In this document: one piece after another, positions 1 through 11,560 of the stretch | Layout of the letters: every line of letters begins with the position of its first letter | Numbering within the stretch: position 1 is the first letter of the stretch | Assembly (NCBI GenBank): GCA_043228905.1 | Contig: JBHGNT010000311.1 | Span: 1 to 35,992 of the forward strand | DNA: 35,992 nt | From: Azolla caroliniana | Lineage: Eukaryota; Plantae; Polypodiophyta | Reading direction: 5' to 3' | Translations under genes and position numbers: made by a program | The notes under the pieces: model-generated | What the model was told of the DNA's origin: nothing | Seen by the model: only the letters and a program-made list of their open reading frames with translations | The model's database searches: none

Positions 1-23
1 AACTGAGCTACATCCATCTGGGC
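1..23 (-). mobile_element. 5' head of tRNA-derived SINE-like element (runs off window)
   Basis: Reverse complement gcccagatggatgtagctcagtt is identical to 6215-6237. Confidence 0.65.
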
Positions 24-26
24 AAT

Positions 27-29
<3 letters not shown>

Positions 30-78
<49 letters not shown>
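30..78. repeat. (CT)n/(GA)n microsatellite at LINE 3' end
   Basis: About 24 perfect CT units seen directly. Confidence 0.97.
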
Positions 79-80
<2 letters not shown>

Positions 81-175
81 GTGAAAACACACAATTATAT
101 TAATAAATGTGTGTGAAAAACACTACTTACAATACGTGTGACAATGGAGTATGGTCACACACTAACCACACTACA

Positions 176-3100
176 CTACATGGGTAGTGGAACATGTTGA
201 ATTGCCAATAGACAAGACGAACACTCCACCGAGGAAAGAATTTCCACTTGTTCCAATAAAGAAAATTGTCACATTAGTCCTCCCTTCAACTTTCGTAGAT
301 ATGCTTTCACTCCATGTCTACCATCAAATACAAAAGCGTTGTGCATGTTCCAATTATGACGCAATCCCCAATATCTCAGAAATAGGAAAACAATCTCCAT
401 CTTTGATTTTGGGTCAGCTTGTGTAAATTGTGCAAACACCCATTGTCTAGGTGTCAAATAACTCCGTGATAAAACTTGCCAAATTTGAGAAATGTAACTC
501 CAAATTTGACAAGCAATTGGACATTGTATAAATCGATGAGTATTATCTTCTATCTGAACTGTGCAAAAGAAGCAGGTACCCGTTGCTAGTCCACGACACT
601 TTAAAGCTAATCCCAAAGGCAATCCTCCGATCAAAACTCTCCAAATGAATACCTTTGCAACAAGTGGCAATTTAGAATGCCAACTACGTTGTAAGATCTG
701 CCACCACCCATGATCAGATTTGTGTATTTTCCATTCTTCTTCAGCCTTAGATGATAACCATCCAAGAGACTCAACGGAACAATGATACAAAATATTAGTA
801 GTCACTTGTAACAATGGTGTTTGACCCCTTAAACTCCAATCAATCCACGGTTGTTCTCCTGTTTGTAGAGGTAAGGGACCTTGCATCAATGCAATATTCT
901 GTAGTTGTTGCCAAATAAACCCATAATTAGGCGAGATGCGTAATAATTGTCGTGCTTCAGTAAACTCCAAAATTCTTTGAGATGGAACCTCAACTATATC
1001 TCCCACCTCTTTGACCCCCAAACAAAACAAACGATTAAATTGAGAACGCAATCTCTCCTTTCCTGGCCAACATAATAACCGAGAAGACACAAGTAACTCT
1101 TTTTGCAAAGAGTTACAATGCTCTCTACTAGATGATGGTTTCCATACACATAACAAGAGTGCTTCTTGCCATGAGGTAACTAAGTGTTGAACACATGAAG
1201 AACCCGGAATCCTAAGTGAAATACATCCATTCAGTAATTGCCACCATGAAGCCTTAATCGTTGTCCTCCCATGTGTTAAACCCTTGTTCTCAATGAAATA
1301 TCGAACAATAGATATCCATGGTTGTGAGTTTGAACACATGTCTTGTAATAATGAAAATCTACGAGCCATCATATGCATAGATAAATTCAATATTCCAACC
1401 CCCCCTAATCGCTTAGGGGTTGCTAGATGATTCCAAGCAATCCATGTGATTCCCATCTTATCCCTCTTCTTCCACAACAAATATCGAAGAGGTTGCGAAA
1501 CAGAATTCAACGCCTTCTTTGTCCATGGCAATAATGGCAAGTAATATAATATCATGGGTTCCATAATACATTGTACAACCTTCAAGCGAACATGAAATGG
1601 CCAAGATTGTGACTTCCAATACATGAACTTATCCCTCAACTTACTAGACATCCATTCAATCAATTGACCATTTGTAACATTCATTCCTAATGGATAGCCC
1701 AAGTGTCGAAAAATAGAGCCTTTCTACACCACAGATCCTTGCCATCCTAAACATTCCAAATCCCTTTCAGTGCATGATATGAGACTAGACTTCCTCCAAT
1801 TAATATGTAATCTGGAAGCCAATGCAAACTGATTCCATACAAGCATCCCCTTCTCAAGATTCTCCTGTGAGGCTTGTAAAAACATGAAAGAATCATCCGC
1901 CAAAGCTTGTGCTACTATTTGCCCTCCGAACGGAAGGTGTAAACCCACAATGTCACCATTTATTGCAAGTCTTGATAGCATCACTAACAAAGGATGAGTA
2001 ACAATAGCAAACAACAATGGGCTAAGAGGGCATCCTTGACGAAAGGATCTTGTGAGGGCAATATCTAATGTAACTCCCCCATTAAGCATTACTCGAGACA
2101 CTGCATCTTGTCCTAATAAAAATATGAGGCGAAACATACGAGGTCCAAAGCCCATTGTATGCATTAACCCAGAAACAAAAGACCAATTAACATGATCATA
2201 AGCTTTCTCCAAATCTAATTGCACCATAATCAATTCTTGATGAGGGTTCCGAGCATAATCCATGGCCATTTGAACATTCAACACATTATGCAATATATTT
2301 CTACCTGCAATAAAACCATATTGGGCGGGGTGTATCAACTTTGGCAAATACTTTTGTAATCTATTTGCCAAGACCTTCGTAAATATCTTGTACAACCCCC
2401 CCATCAAAGAAATAGGTCTCCATTGATGAAATGACTCAGGAGATGCCACCTTTGGAACTAGTTTAATTAGACCAATCTTCCAAGCTTGAAGCATACAACC
2501 AGAATCCCAAGACTATTGAAACATCAAAGTCAAGGGCCCCTTTAAAATGTTGGAATATCTCTTAAAAACTTCATTTGTCAAGCCATCCCAACCAGGGCTC
2601 TTACCACTAGGAAGATGCCTTAAAGCTACATCCACCTCATCCTCAGTGAAATCCGCATCCAATTCATGATTAATGAGATCATGCACAATACATCCAACCA
2701 CATCATAAAACTCATGGCGTGCTCTACTCACCTCATCTGTCATTAACAATTGTGGACCAATCAACTCCTTAAAGTAATGAAGACATATGTCAATTATTGT
2801 TGTAGGATCCACTATCAATTCATCCCCTTGCTTCACATGTACCACATTAGATCGAGCATAAGTAGGATGTAATGCTTGGAAAAACAAATGAGATTGGCAT
2901 TGATTATCAATGAGTCCTTCCCTGAGTTGTCGCATATTAGCATAACGATAACTTTGGCATTGCAACTGAGAAATAATAACATGCAATTGACTCTGAATAT
3001 CCAAAAGCTCCTCATCTAATGGTGTATGTATCAATAATGCATTACACCTAGAGAGAACTTGTGAGAATTGTCGAATAAGACCTCTTCTTCGTTGAGCATT

Positions 3101-4009
3101 GGTTACTCCATACATACGATGAATGATGTTAATGTTTCGTAATGTAATATCCCATGATTTAACTCCTTTAAGATTCACTTGTTGAGAAAAAATTACCAAA
3201 ATTTGCCCCATGAGAGAATCAAAGTGAGGTTGAAGCAAAAGAGAAGAGTTAAAGCGTAGTGGAGGCTTTCCAAGTAAAGATTTATACATGTCAATTGCAT
3301 GATTACACACCTCCAAGCAAATAGGAAAGTGATCTGAAGTTCCAACATCTTGTAGAACGTTCATACGAAGTGATGTCGGTAAAAAGGAATCATCATGCAT
3401 CACATACATTCTATCTAACCAACTCCATGTTTGTCTATGTTGAGCAGATTGGAAGGTAAAACCTGGATCATTCCCTTGCAACCATGTCCAAACATCCAAC
3501 TTCAGAACCTCCATAGCCAATGAGTCCCAAGCAAGTTGCTCAGGATCATCCATGATTGAATGTTCAGAAGTGGATTGAAATGCATCAACACACATGTTAA
3601 AATCGCCCATAAGTAATCCTAGACGTCCAATAGATAGGGTTTGAAGGAGTGAACCCCATAATGCAATACGTTGAGTGGCTTGGTTAGGGGCATAAATCCC
3701 AACCACCCACACAACCTCGCCAAAAAAAGTGATTTCTAGAACCAAAAACCAACCATAAGGATCATTATGCACCACTTGAGGATAATACTTATCCCTCACG
3801 ATTAATACCACACCTGAATAATGATTATTAAGATGTCCTACATAAAATGATGAATATCCACGCAAACGCATTGTGGATCCTGCTAACTCATGACACTTAT
3901 GCTCAACTGCACATACTACATCCCATTCTCTACTTAACAAAGTTTCCCATAGTATATACTTCTTATGAGGAGAACATGCCCCTCTCACATTCCATGTTAC
4001 CACTTTCAT
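176..4009 (-). pseudogene. LINE ORF2: APE endonuclease + reverse transcriptase + zf-RVT-like domain, with in-frame stops
   Basis: EN motifs WNVRG, IYAPN, GDFN, LDR, SDH (2513-4009). RT motifs KSPGWDG, WRPISL, QYGF, DLEKAYD, RQGCPLSP, LADD (mostly 1724-2494). C-terminal PKRLGGVG and CFFC...HRFIQC (269-1702). The three ORF pieces share one frame, split by TAG at 2513-2515 and 1724-1726. The frame continues past TGA (269-271) to TAG at 176-178. Confidence 0.92.
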
Positions 4010-4022
4010 TCAATCAACAATG

Positions 4023-5561
4023 TTATGGGAGCACTTGCTCCTTTAGAGCAACCGATGTCATGAAACTAGTCAAAGCATGCCCCAATGCTGCATATGGATT
4101 TTCATGCACCACATCCTTAGGGTTGTCTATCGAAATCTTTTTTTTAGGTCCTCCCTCTTGACGAAAACCTCGAGAATTCGATGAATTTACAACTCGTCCC
4201 GATGAATCAAATTGAAGGTGAAGGGGTAATCCCTTATCCCTAGATTGTCGTTGCCAAGGAACTTTTCGAGGGCCCTCCCTAGTTCCTGAATTACCTTGCC
4301 AAGTAGTCACATAAGTAGTGGGCAAGCTACTACACTGCATATTCATTGATTTCCCTTTCGACTTGCCCTTAACCTCATGCCAATCTTTGTCAACAACATT
4401 ACTACTAGCTCTATCCAACGGTTTTTTCCCCTTATCTTTAACCACTAAACTTTGTTTTTCCATATCCATAGATTCAATTCCCTTATTCTTAGGGCCCAAA
4501 CCTTGAAGTGAGACCTCTTTATAACCTGCTCTAGGTGATGTTCCTTCATCCACAAAATCTGACACACCAACATCTCTCCCAACTCCTTCCTTATTGTTCC
4601 CTTCAATAGGAACCTTTGTAGTTGAAGGACAATGATCGTGGCATTCCACCATAAAGTGACCCCATTCACCACATCCAAACCAATGACCTGCAAATGTCTC
4701 CCACTTCAGTTTAAAACAAATACTTCTCATACCAGGAGTATTCATACGCACCCATCCTGGCCTCTTGTGACTTGTATCTCATAACACACAAAATCTGCAC
4801 TTATTTGTAGCATTTGCATGTGGAGATACCAACACTTTACCCATTTGACTCATCAACTCTAGTAAAGTGGCCATAAAAAAGCATGCTTACAATCCACTGT
4901 AACCCAAACAAGACATTCTTGTTTTAACAAAGCATGATAGTCCACTACGGTGGAACATTGCATAACATGCACCAATCGTTTATCAAAAAACACAAGAACT
5001 TTACCCAACAATGCACTTCGATGCTCCGGTGAACGAAATACCACATCATAAAACCCTCGTGGTCCCGCATATATATTTTCAACACAATTTGGTGACACGA
5101 TTGTGTTCAACCATTGTTTAATCCAATTAACATATGGGAGTTTGCCGGTAAAAAATAATATAACAACACGATCATAGAATACATCAAATGATTGCAAAAT
5201 TGCCTTAGCATCAACTTCCACATCATGCACATCCTCTTCAATGCATTCTTTCGCTGCATTTTCATTTTCTTCCTACAATATCCAACAATAAGGTATTGGC
5301 AATTCCCCATAAATTATCCCAATTACAATGATCCTTGTCAACTTCATCTACATGTATTATTTCGGCATATGTTAATTTTTTCTCATTAATTTCTTCAATT
5401 CCCTTAAACCTCTTAGAGCTTCCAATGTCTTCCCTTTCACGATTACATTCAACTATCACATTACTCTTTTTTGGATCGATTGTTTCCATATCAATATCCC
5501 CCACAATTTGTGAGGAATTCATGTTTATGTCCATCATTATATCGATCCGGGATAAAAACAA
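4023..5561 (-). pseudogene. LINE ORF1 (DUF4283-like RRM region + degenerate CCHC zinc knuckle), fragmented
   Basis: Fragments at 5262-5561, 4859-5230 (WIKQW...GPRGFYDVVFRSPEHRSALL) and 4023-4751 (WFGCGEWGHFMVEC, a Cx2Cx4Hx4C knuckle with the first C changed to W). Located directly upstream of ORF2. Confidence 0.8.
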
Positions 5562-5850
5562 TTTTCTATGAACAAGAGAGAAAATCAGAACTCACCCGAT
5601 TGAAGAGGTCGAAGATTTTGAAAGCAATCGAAGACCCACAATGAGTTTTGAGTATGTGGATGCCGACAACACAAGATTCCTTATTGCTATCGCTGCTTCT
5701 CGTACAAACCACCAAATTCAACTTGCTATATCTCATTGTGAAGCTCTACTCGAGGGCTTTCCAACGCTTGTCTTTGTGCTCAATTCCGTTACCAATAGAG
5801 AGCGCAGCAATAAAAACAAGTTTGCTTCTTCTTCCCTTCTCCACTCTTGC

Positions 5851-5853
<3 letters not shown>

Positions 5854-5881
<28 letters not shown>
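5854..5881. repeat. (CT)n/(GA)n microsatellite at LINE 5' end
   Basis: About 13 perfect CT units seen directly. Confidence 0.95.
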
Positions 5882-5885
<4 letters not shown>

Positions 5886-6214
5886 CCCGCTCACTCATTT
5901 CATAGTTCATACTCATTCATTTCAACTCTTGATCATCATTTGGCAATGTTAAATAGAAGCAAAGCATCCCTATGCTTTGGATAACATGAGCTATACAATT
6001 GGTTTGCAACATTATGCTTATAACATACTTTTGATTTCAAAAACATTGCTCTCTTGCAATGACAAATCAAAATCAAGGATTTACTTTTCCTCCCAAGTGG
6101 TACTGCACACAATTTGATTCAACCAAAACATAGGGTTAATTTTATTTTTGTAACATCACCAAATGATCAAGAATTGAAATATATGAGCAAAAAGTGTGAA
6201 ATCAGAGAGAGAGA

Positions 6215-6305
6215 GCCCAGATGGATGTAGCTCAGTTGGTAAGGTTGCCCAATGGAGACCTGGTGGTCATGGGTTCAACCCCTACATTCCACAGTGGCAT
6301 CTAGT
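6215..6305 (+). mobile_element. tRNA-derived SINE-like element / tRNA pseudogene
   Basis: Pol III A box TAGCTCAGTTGG (6228-6239) and B box GGTTCAACCCC (6272-6282). GGATGTAG...CTACATTCC could pair like an acceptor stem. Follows a short (GA)n tract. No clean anticodon arm. Confidence 0.65.
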
Positions 6306-7089
6306 GAAATAGAGATATATATGAAGTATATAATAGAGAGGTGAGGAAATTGGGTTTTGAACCCAAGACACAGTGCTTGTAGTGTTATCGACTTACTAAA
6401 AAAAAAGAGACAGACAGAGAGAGATCTATCAATTAAACAAACTATGTTGTAGCTAGCGGCTAGAAAACTAGTTATCCAAGGAATTGGGACGAACCCATAA
6501 GGACTTACTACACTTAGGAACAGATGTTGAGTTAACTGTTATATAAAGGGGACTACGTGCCCCCTTCATTACTTACTTATTCAACATTTGTAAATATCGT
6601 CAAGACTCTATTGGTGAGGCTAAGCTCTCTTCTTTGGATCCATTATTCAATAATTAAGGTATAACATAAGGTAATATCCAATGGTATTGGACACTCGTGG
6701 TATTTTGTGTTCATCTCATGTCCTTTGCTTCTGCGTGGTCAGTGTGGTTAAGACCATTAATCCGTTATTCTCCTTAATCTCTTATTATTTCTACTCATCT
6801 TTGTTTGATGCATAATAAAAGTATATTTTGCAAGAAAAGTATATCTTGTGAATAAAACTCACAAAATGTCCAACCATCTCATTAGTAATTGATTAATAAC
6901 ATTTTATTTGTATGCTCAGTTTAGCGATCACTTGCAAATGATAAGTCAAAGACAGATTATAAGGGATTTGGAGAAACTTGAGCAAATGCTTCCACACTTT
7001 GTTATGAATCATGATCCATGATTGTTGCTAATATCATTTGCGAACCCATGATATGTAACTACTTCTCTCATTACTAAGCATTTTGTCTA

Positions 7090-8260
7090 CTCACTATTGA
7101 TAGTCTTGATGTTTGAAAGAAAATATGTCATCCTTGAGAATCAATCTCCCATGTGAGGATGACATCAAAACCCTTGGAAGAAGGGATCGATAATGAAATA
7201 CAAAGAAATTAGTAATGAGTGTGCCACTTCTAGGTACATTATTGACAAGTATCTTCGCTTGTGGTTCAATGCCTAGTCTTAAATTGAAGAGAATGTGAGC
7301 TGGGTCAAATTGAAGCAAGGGATAGGATGGAGGACAAAAGGATGGACAATAACATGCATCGATGACAGTGATTTCCCCGTTTTAATTAGATTATGGTTTT
7401 GTGGTTTGGTGCAATATGCATAGTATAACGTGTGAACATTGAGATTCCATATCTCTCCCAAGTTTTGATACATTTGCATTGGAAAAATGCCTCATTTAAC
7501 ACATCATGAAGCATCCAATTTTCCAAGTAATTTATTCACATCTTCTATCCATGAAGAACCCAAATGTTGCTAATGTATCCTTTGAATCTTAATACTTGCA
7601 TTACACTTTCCAAGTAGACTTAAGAATACTACTATCCTATACTTCCAACTCCATAGAGAAGCATTGGTGTACCGTGTAGCCAATATGTCAAGAAATATTT
7701 CCTACGATCCCAACGTTTAATTTCTCTATTGTCACATATGCTCTCAATTGCACACTAAGCCTTCTCAAGAGTGGTTCATTTTTCACTATTGTTTTAAGTT
7801 CAAATACTCAATTCCTCTCATACAATTAAGATTAATATATAAAGTCCTACAAGCTTATTCAAAAGTCCATTATCTAAACAAAAAATTATCAATGTGATCC
7901 AAGATACACGTTAAGAATAATATATTGTCAATCACACCATTTCCATTATATTTTCTGCGTGTAAAATTATTAATATCATTACATATAAATATACCATTTG
8001 CAAAAAACATTCAAGGAACTATTGCACATTTGCAAAAGCACCTTTATTGTTGACTTACACCTTCTCAATAGAAGAGAGACTCTACATGCATATATGCTCT
8101 CCCATCCTTGAGATACGTGGCATGAAATATTGTTGTGCATCTTGGTGTAATATTCTTATACAAGAAATCTTGTAACTAAAGATCGTAAAGACTATACATA
8201 AACCCTATAGTAAATGTAAAAGCAATCCCTGGAGTAAATGGCTTGAACAGGGCCAAGTCA
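7090..8260 (-). mobile_element. Highly decayed RTE-like LINE RT remnant
   Basis: Ordered, broken minus-strand fragments resembling QAxF..G, QG, FAD/N, YLG, PMLLYGV, SWIEDV and IEPQAKILV. Many stops and frameshifts; read by eye. Confidence 0.4.
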
Positions 8261-10654
8261 ATCAATAAAACAATTTCTTTTCCATCATAGCAATGACAAG
8301 AAATAAGATATCACATGATTCATAATTGATTCTACCAACATTAGGCAATCAACAAAAGTTCAAGCCTAATATACATTTTTATCCAAGGGATATCAACACC
8401 AATTAAATGGATGAACTAAGTGGTGTCAAACATTACATTGTTCTATTATTTGGCTAGGGCATCCATGATCAACATGTGTATTAATATGCATTGCATATCC
8501 AAAACCCCACGTATATTTATTTATTTATTTTCAGAGAAAAAATCGTTTCCCATTGGTTAGGTGAATCGCATATACGAATCAGGATATGTGCACTGTAAGT
8601 ATTTTTAGATACTCTACTATTTACAGGTTGCTTTCATATACATATATTTGGCTATCGTTGTGTGACACCTTAGATAAAAAAAGGTAGGGCAATCGTTGTC
8701 AATGTCCAGAAAACAACAAACAGTGTCAAATATTGTTCAACACAAAGAACCACATTCACCAATGTGTAGCCTTCTATAACAAACAGATTAAACAAGTTTC
8801 ATTTTCATTATGTATTGTTAGTATTTTCAGTAAACAATAGCTATCACGGTTGGGCTCAACAAAATTAGTTTGGATGGAAAAAAAATTTACTTGCCCATAT
8901 GGAATTCTAATGGTTTGTACAGGAAATTCTTCTTAAAAAACATGATTCAAAGCCAGGAATGTTGACATAATGGGTGAAAGCACTATTACAATTTTAATCC
9001 AGTTTCACTAGATTATTTTCTATACTTTAATATCATTCTACCATCGAAATGGGGACCATTGGGAATTCCTAGAAACTTGAAAATGATGAAACAAAATATA
9101 TGTTGCTTTAATATCAGAAAACTCTTCAATGGGTAACTTGAAGCCAACAAGATTTTAAACTTGTAGATCACAATTTCTATTTAAAGTAATCAAAATTACC
9201 ACACACTTTATCGATGACAAACCCACAAAAATATGTCACTACATAACACGGAGTTGGGGTAGAAGTTTATATTTTAAGACACCATTGAATAGAACAATGA
9301 AAGAATCTTTTACTCTAAAAAAAGAGTACAAATTTTGATCGATTACATTGTTCATGAACGTGAGGGGACCAATTATTAGACAAATTATGCATTTTTTTGT
9401 GCCCTTACTCCCTCCATTCATGGAAATTTGGGATGGGTCTTGTTGCTCATATTCCTCGATAAAAAAGAATCTTGACGTTAGCTCAAACCTAAGGATTTGT
9501 TTATACAATCTATGAACCAGACGTTCTCCACAATGAAGTACAATATTATTTGTTCATGCCAACAAGATGCCCAAATACAACTGATTCTCGGAAACTTGTT
9601 TCCTGGTCGTAAATGTAAAAATGTGTACAATTTATCACAAAGACATGTAGAATTGTGCCCCTATCCTTGGGGTCTACTTCACCACATAAAAATGTTTTAA
9701 TTGAAGCATGACGAGAGAGCTTGGCCATATACCTTGGCTCCACAGAAATATAATGGCATCTTCACATTAGTCTATGACTTCCAAGTGACACCCTACTCAT
9801 CTCAGAGGGGATTACACTTTCAAGGTTTCACATTTCCACACAACATGCGTAGGTAAAAAAATATAATATTATGATCAACATAAAAAGTGGCAACACGCAT
9901 ATTTGTTGAATAATAATATAAAGATCAACCTCAAACATCAAAATATGCATTTCTAAAAAATAAAATTTGAGATTAAGATTAAGCGTAAACACGAGTAGCA
10001 ATAATACAAATTAAGAACGTGAAATATGCTTGACATAAAGTTTGCATAGAGCATTCCACAACCTGTCAAGTTCGTTTGTTTCTTTGTATAGAGTCAATTC
10101 TAGCCTAAGATCCTATAATACCAATTTGTTCTTGCGATTATCTAAAAGGTTGGACATATAACAAAAACATGCAAAACCAAATTCTAAGTTCCCCTCACCT
10201 ATGGAAGGCTTGACCTTATTTTTTTATATGTATACAGAACAACTTAGCGATGCTTCCATTAGTCTACACAATATAGCATTTTGGATTTGAGAGAGAACAA
10301 GATTAGCTACAATATATGCCCCTACATGCCGATTCGAATTGGCTTTCAAAATTCTGAATCCTTTCTCTCTATCTCCGTATCTTTTGTATTTCTCTCAAAC
10401 CATTCACTCACCAAGGTGAATAAATCATTTAGTCTATAATTACCTATGTTTCCATATGCTCACCCTCAACCAATAGAACATTTTGTGAAGTTCTTCTTGA
10501 AGAGGTATTGATAAGCTATATATAACCTAAAACCTTGTCCTTAAAATCTTAGTTTTCTACTTGATTTTGATCTCCGAGTTGCATGCAAAACATTATTTTT
10601 GGAAAATATATTTAAAATTTTTGAAAAAAAAAACACATTCTTTTTTTTCTTTAT

Positions 10655-11560
10655 TGTAAAACACACAATTAAATTGAATGTAAAAAAACACCATTATGTA
10701 CAATCTTGTTGCTCCATTTACATAAGGTGAGGGACATTCCCCATTGGTATCTAAAAATTGAATACACTCATGATGAAACAATCCCCACATGCCCTTGCAT
10801 AAACAATTGTCACATACGTATGACTTACAACTTGCCATGTATACATTTACTCTACATCTACCATCAAACATGAAAGTATTGTGCATATTACAATTATAAT
10901 GCAACCTCCAATAGCTTAAATTTTGGAGCATGATTTCCTCCATTTTGCAGATATTGGCTAAAAGTCCATTGTTTAGACATCAAATAACAAGAAGACAAAC
11001 TTTGCCATATTTTCGATAAATATTTCCAAAATAGGATATGCTATAGGGCATTGAATGGATCAACTTATATCGTCTTGCAATTGAACAATACCAAGAAACA
11101 TCTGCTTGATGTCAACCCTCTCTTCCTGAGGTTTGAACTTAAACGAAGGTCCCCAATTATTCCTCTTGAAACGAACACCTTGGATCAAAATGACGATCAA
11201 GAATGTCCACAATGCTACAATATTTTCCACCACCCTGCACTAGACTTGTCTATATTCCACTCTTTTTGTGCTTTGGATGAGAACCATGAAAGTGGCACCC
11301 ATAAAATGATGATACAACATATTAAATTTTAGTACTCACCATTGACAATTGTGTTCCATCATTCAAACACCAATCCACACAATATTGATGATCTATCTTC
11401 ATAGCAAACCTTTGAGATTTCATATCAACTATATCACGCACTTCAAGATCACCTCATCTAGCTACATGTTGGTTCCATGTTCGAGCGTACAATGCCACAA
11501 TGAATTGTATCAATATTGTTCTTATAAAAACCAAGTGTCTCAAACCTCTTTTGTAACTTT
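10655..11560 (-). mobile_element. Decayed 3' fragment of the same L1 family
   Basis: LSYWRLHYNCNMHNTFMFDGR matches LRYWGLRHNWNMHNAFVFDGR in the 269-1702 ORF. Shares the aaaacacacaatt 3'-end motif. Confidence 0.7.

Larger units (their letters stand above)
79..5853 (-). mobile_element. L1-clade LINE retrotransposon, near full length, inactivated
   Basis: Colinear minus-strand ORF1 and ORF2 (EN, RT, Cys-rich C-terminus) with a 13-nt spacer between the ORF1 stop (4023) and the ORF2 start (4009). Bounded on both sides by (CT)n/(GA)n tracts (30-78 and 5854-5881). Confidence 0.93.

Noticed and set aside
1724-2515. In-frame stops repaired by U-to-C RNA editing
   Set aside because: Such editing is established for organellar transcripts of ferns and hornworts, not nuclear LINEs. 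Mutational decay is the simpler explanation.
6215-6295. Functional tRNA gene
   Set aside because: A and B boxes are present, but no convincing anticodon stem or full cloverleaf could be built. A second copy of the head suggests a repeat.
8600-9800. Possible transposase remnant (ORFs 9239-9508, 9546-9743)
   Set aside because: No recognisable catalytic motif or terminal repeats by eye.
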